In this document: positions 23,842 through 24,000 of the stretch, one piece after another
Position numbering within the stretch: position 1 is the first letter of the stretch
How the letters are laid out: every line of letters begins with the position of its first letter
Notes under the pieces: model-generated
Seen by the model: only the letters and a program-made list of their open reading frames with translations
Told to the model about the DNA's origin: nothing
Databases searched by the model: none
Origin: Fretibacterium sp.
GTDB lineage: Bacteria > Synergistota > Synergistia > Synergistales > Aminobacteriaceae
Length of the DNA: 24,000 bases
Assembly (NCBI GenBank): GCA_024695065.1
Contig: JAILIX010000074.1
Span: 24,459-48,458, forward strand
Direction: 5' to 3'
Program-made: the position numbers and the translations under genes

Positions 23842-24000
23842 ATGATGAAGAAAAAACTGGCGCTGGCAGCCTCCGTTCTGGCTCTGCTGGCGCTGTTCGC
23901 CTCCGCGGCGGGCGCCGGTGTCACAATCAATGGCAAGCCATTGGATGAGGTGGACGACATCATGGCGGAGACGGGGGCCGCAAAGGGCTACCCCCAATAA
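23842..24000 (+). CDS. Small exported peptide ORF (52 aa)
   Basis: It is not in the ORF track because it is under 60 aa. GAAGGAAGGG lies about 8 nt upstream. Translation is 'MMKKKLALAASVLALLALFASAAGA/GVTINGKPLDEVDDIMAETGAAKGYPQ*', with the TAA at 23998-24000. The signal peptide is classic and the mature part is about 27 aa. Confidence 0.45.
   Translation: MMKKKLALAASVLALLALFASAAGAGVTINGKPLDEVDDIMAETGAAKGYPQ

Noticed and set aside
1-24000. CRISPR arrays, tRNA/rRNA genes, IS elements, integrases and prophage genes
   Set aside because: I found no regularly spaced direct repeats, no cloverleaf-like or rRNA-like segments, and no transposase or integrase motifs on either strand.

Overview
This is a GC-rich bacterial chromosomal window. 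I saw no rRNA, tRNA, CRISPR array, transposase or integrase. All calls rest on ORF geometry, RBS and terminator inspection, and remembered family motifs; no database search was possible.

Left part (1-6470): housekeeping genes yciH-like SUI1, ychF, coaD and an Mpg-type glycosylase. An orphan flagellin C-terminal fragment sits in the ychF-coaD spacer. A minus-strand pair follows, encoding a Memo-like protein with a hydrophobic N-terminus and a large exported DUF3160-like protein.

Centre (6579-12510): the most unusual region. A TMEM43/DUF1625-like membrane protein is followed by seven tightly packed plus-strand ORFs. All seven are exported or integral membrane proteins, and I recognise none of them. 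They include two tandem paralogues built from a repeated CxxC...C-x6/7-H module, a lipoprotein with a (EP)n tail, and a Cys-rich polytopic membrane protein.

Right part: an mglBAC-galK galactose uptake and phosphorylation operon, a divergent SAM-methyltransferase, and a cysteine-free sirtuin apparently co-transcribed with an unrecognised 510-aa protein. Then come yedE-yedF (selenium-associated), fucO-like lactaldehyde reductase, and a 52-aa exported peptide ORF that ends exactly at the window edge.
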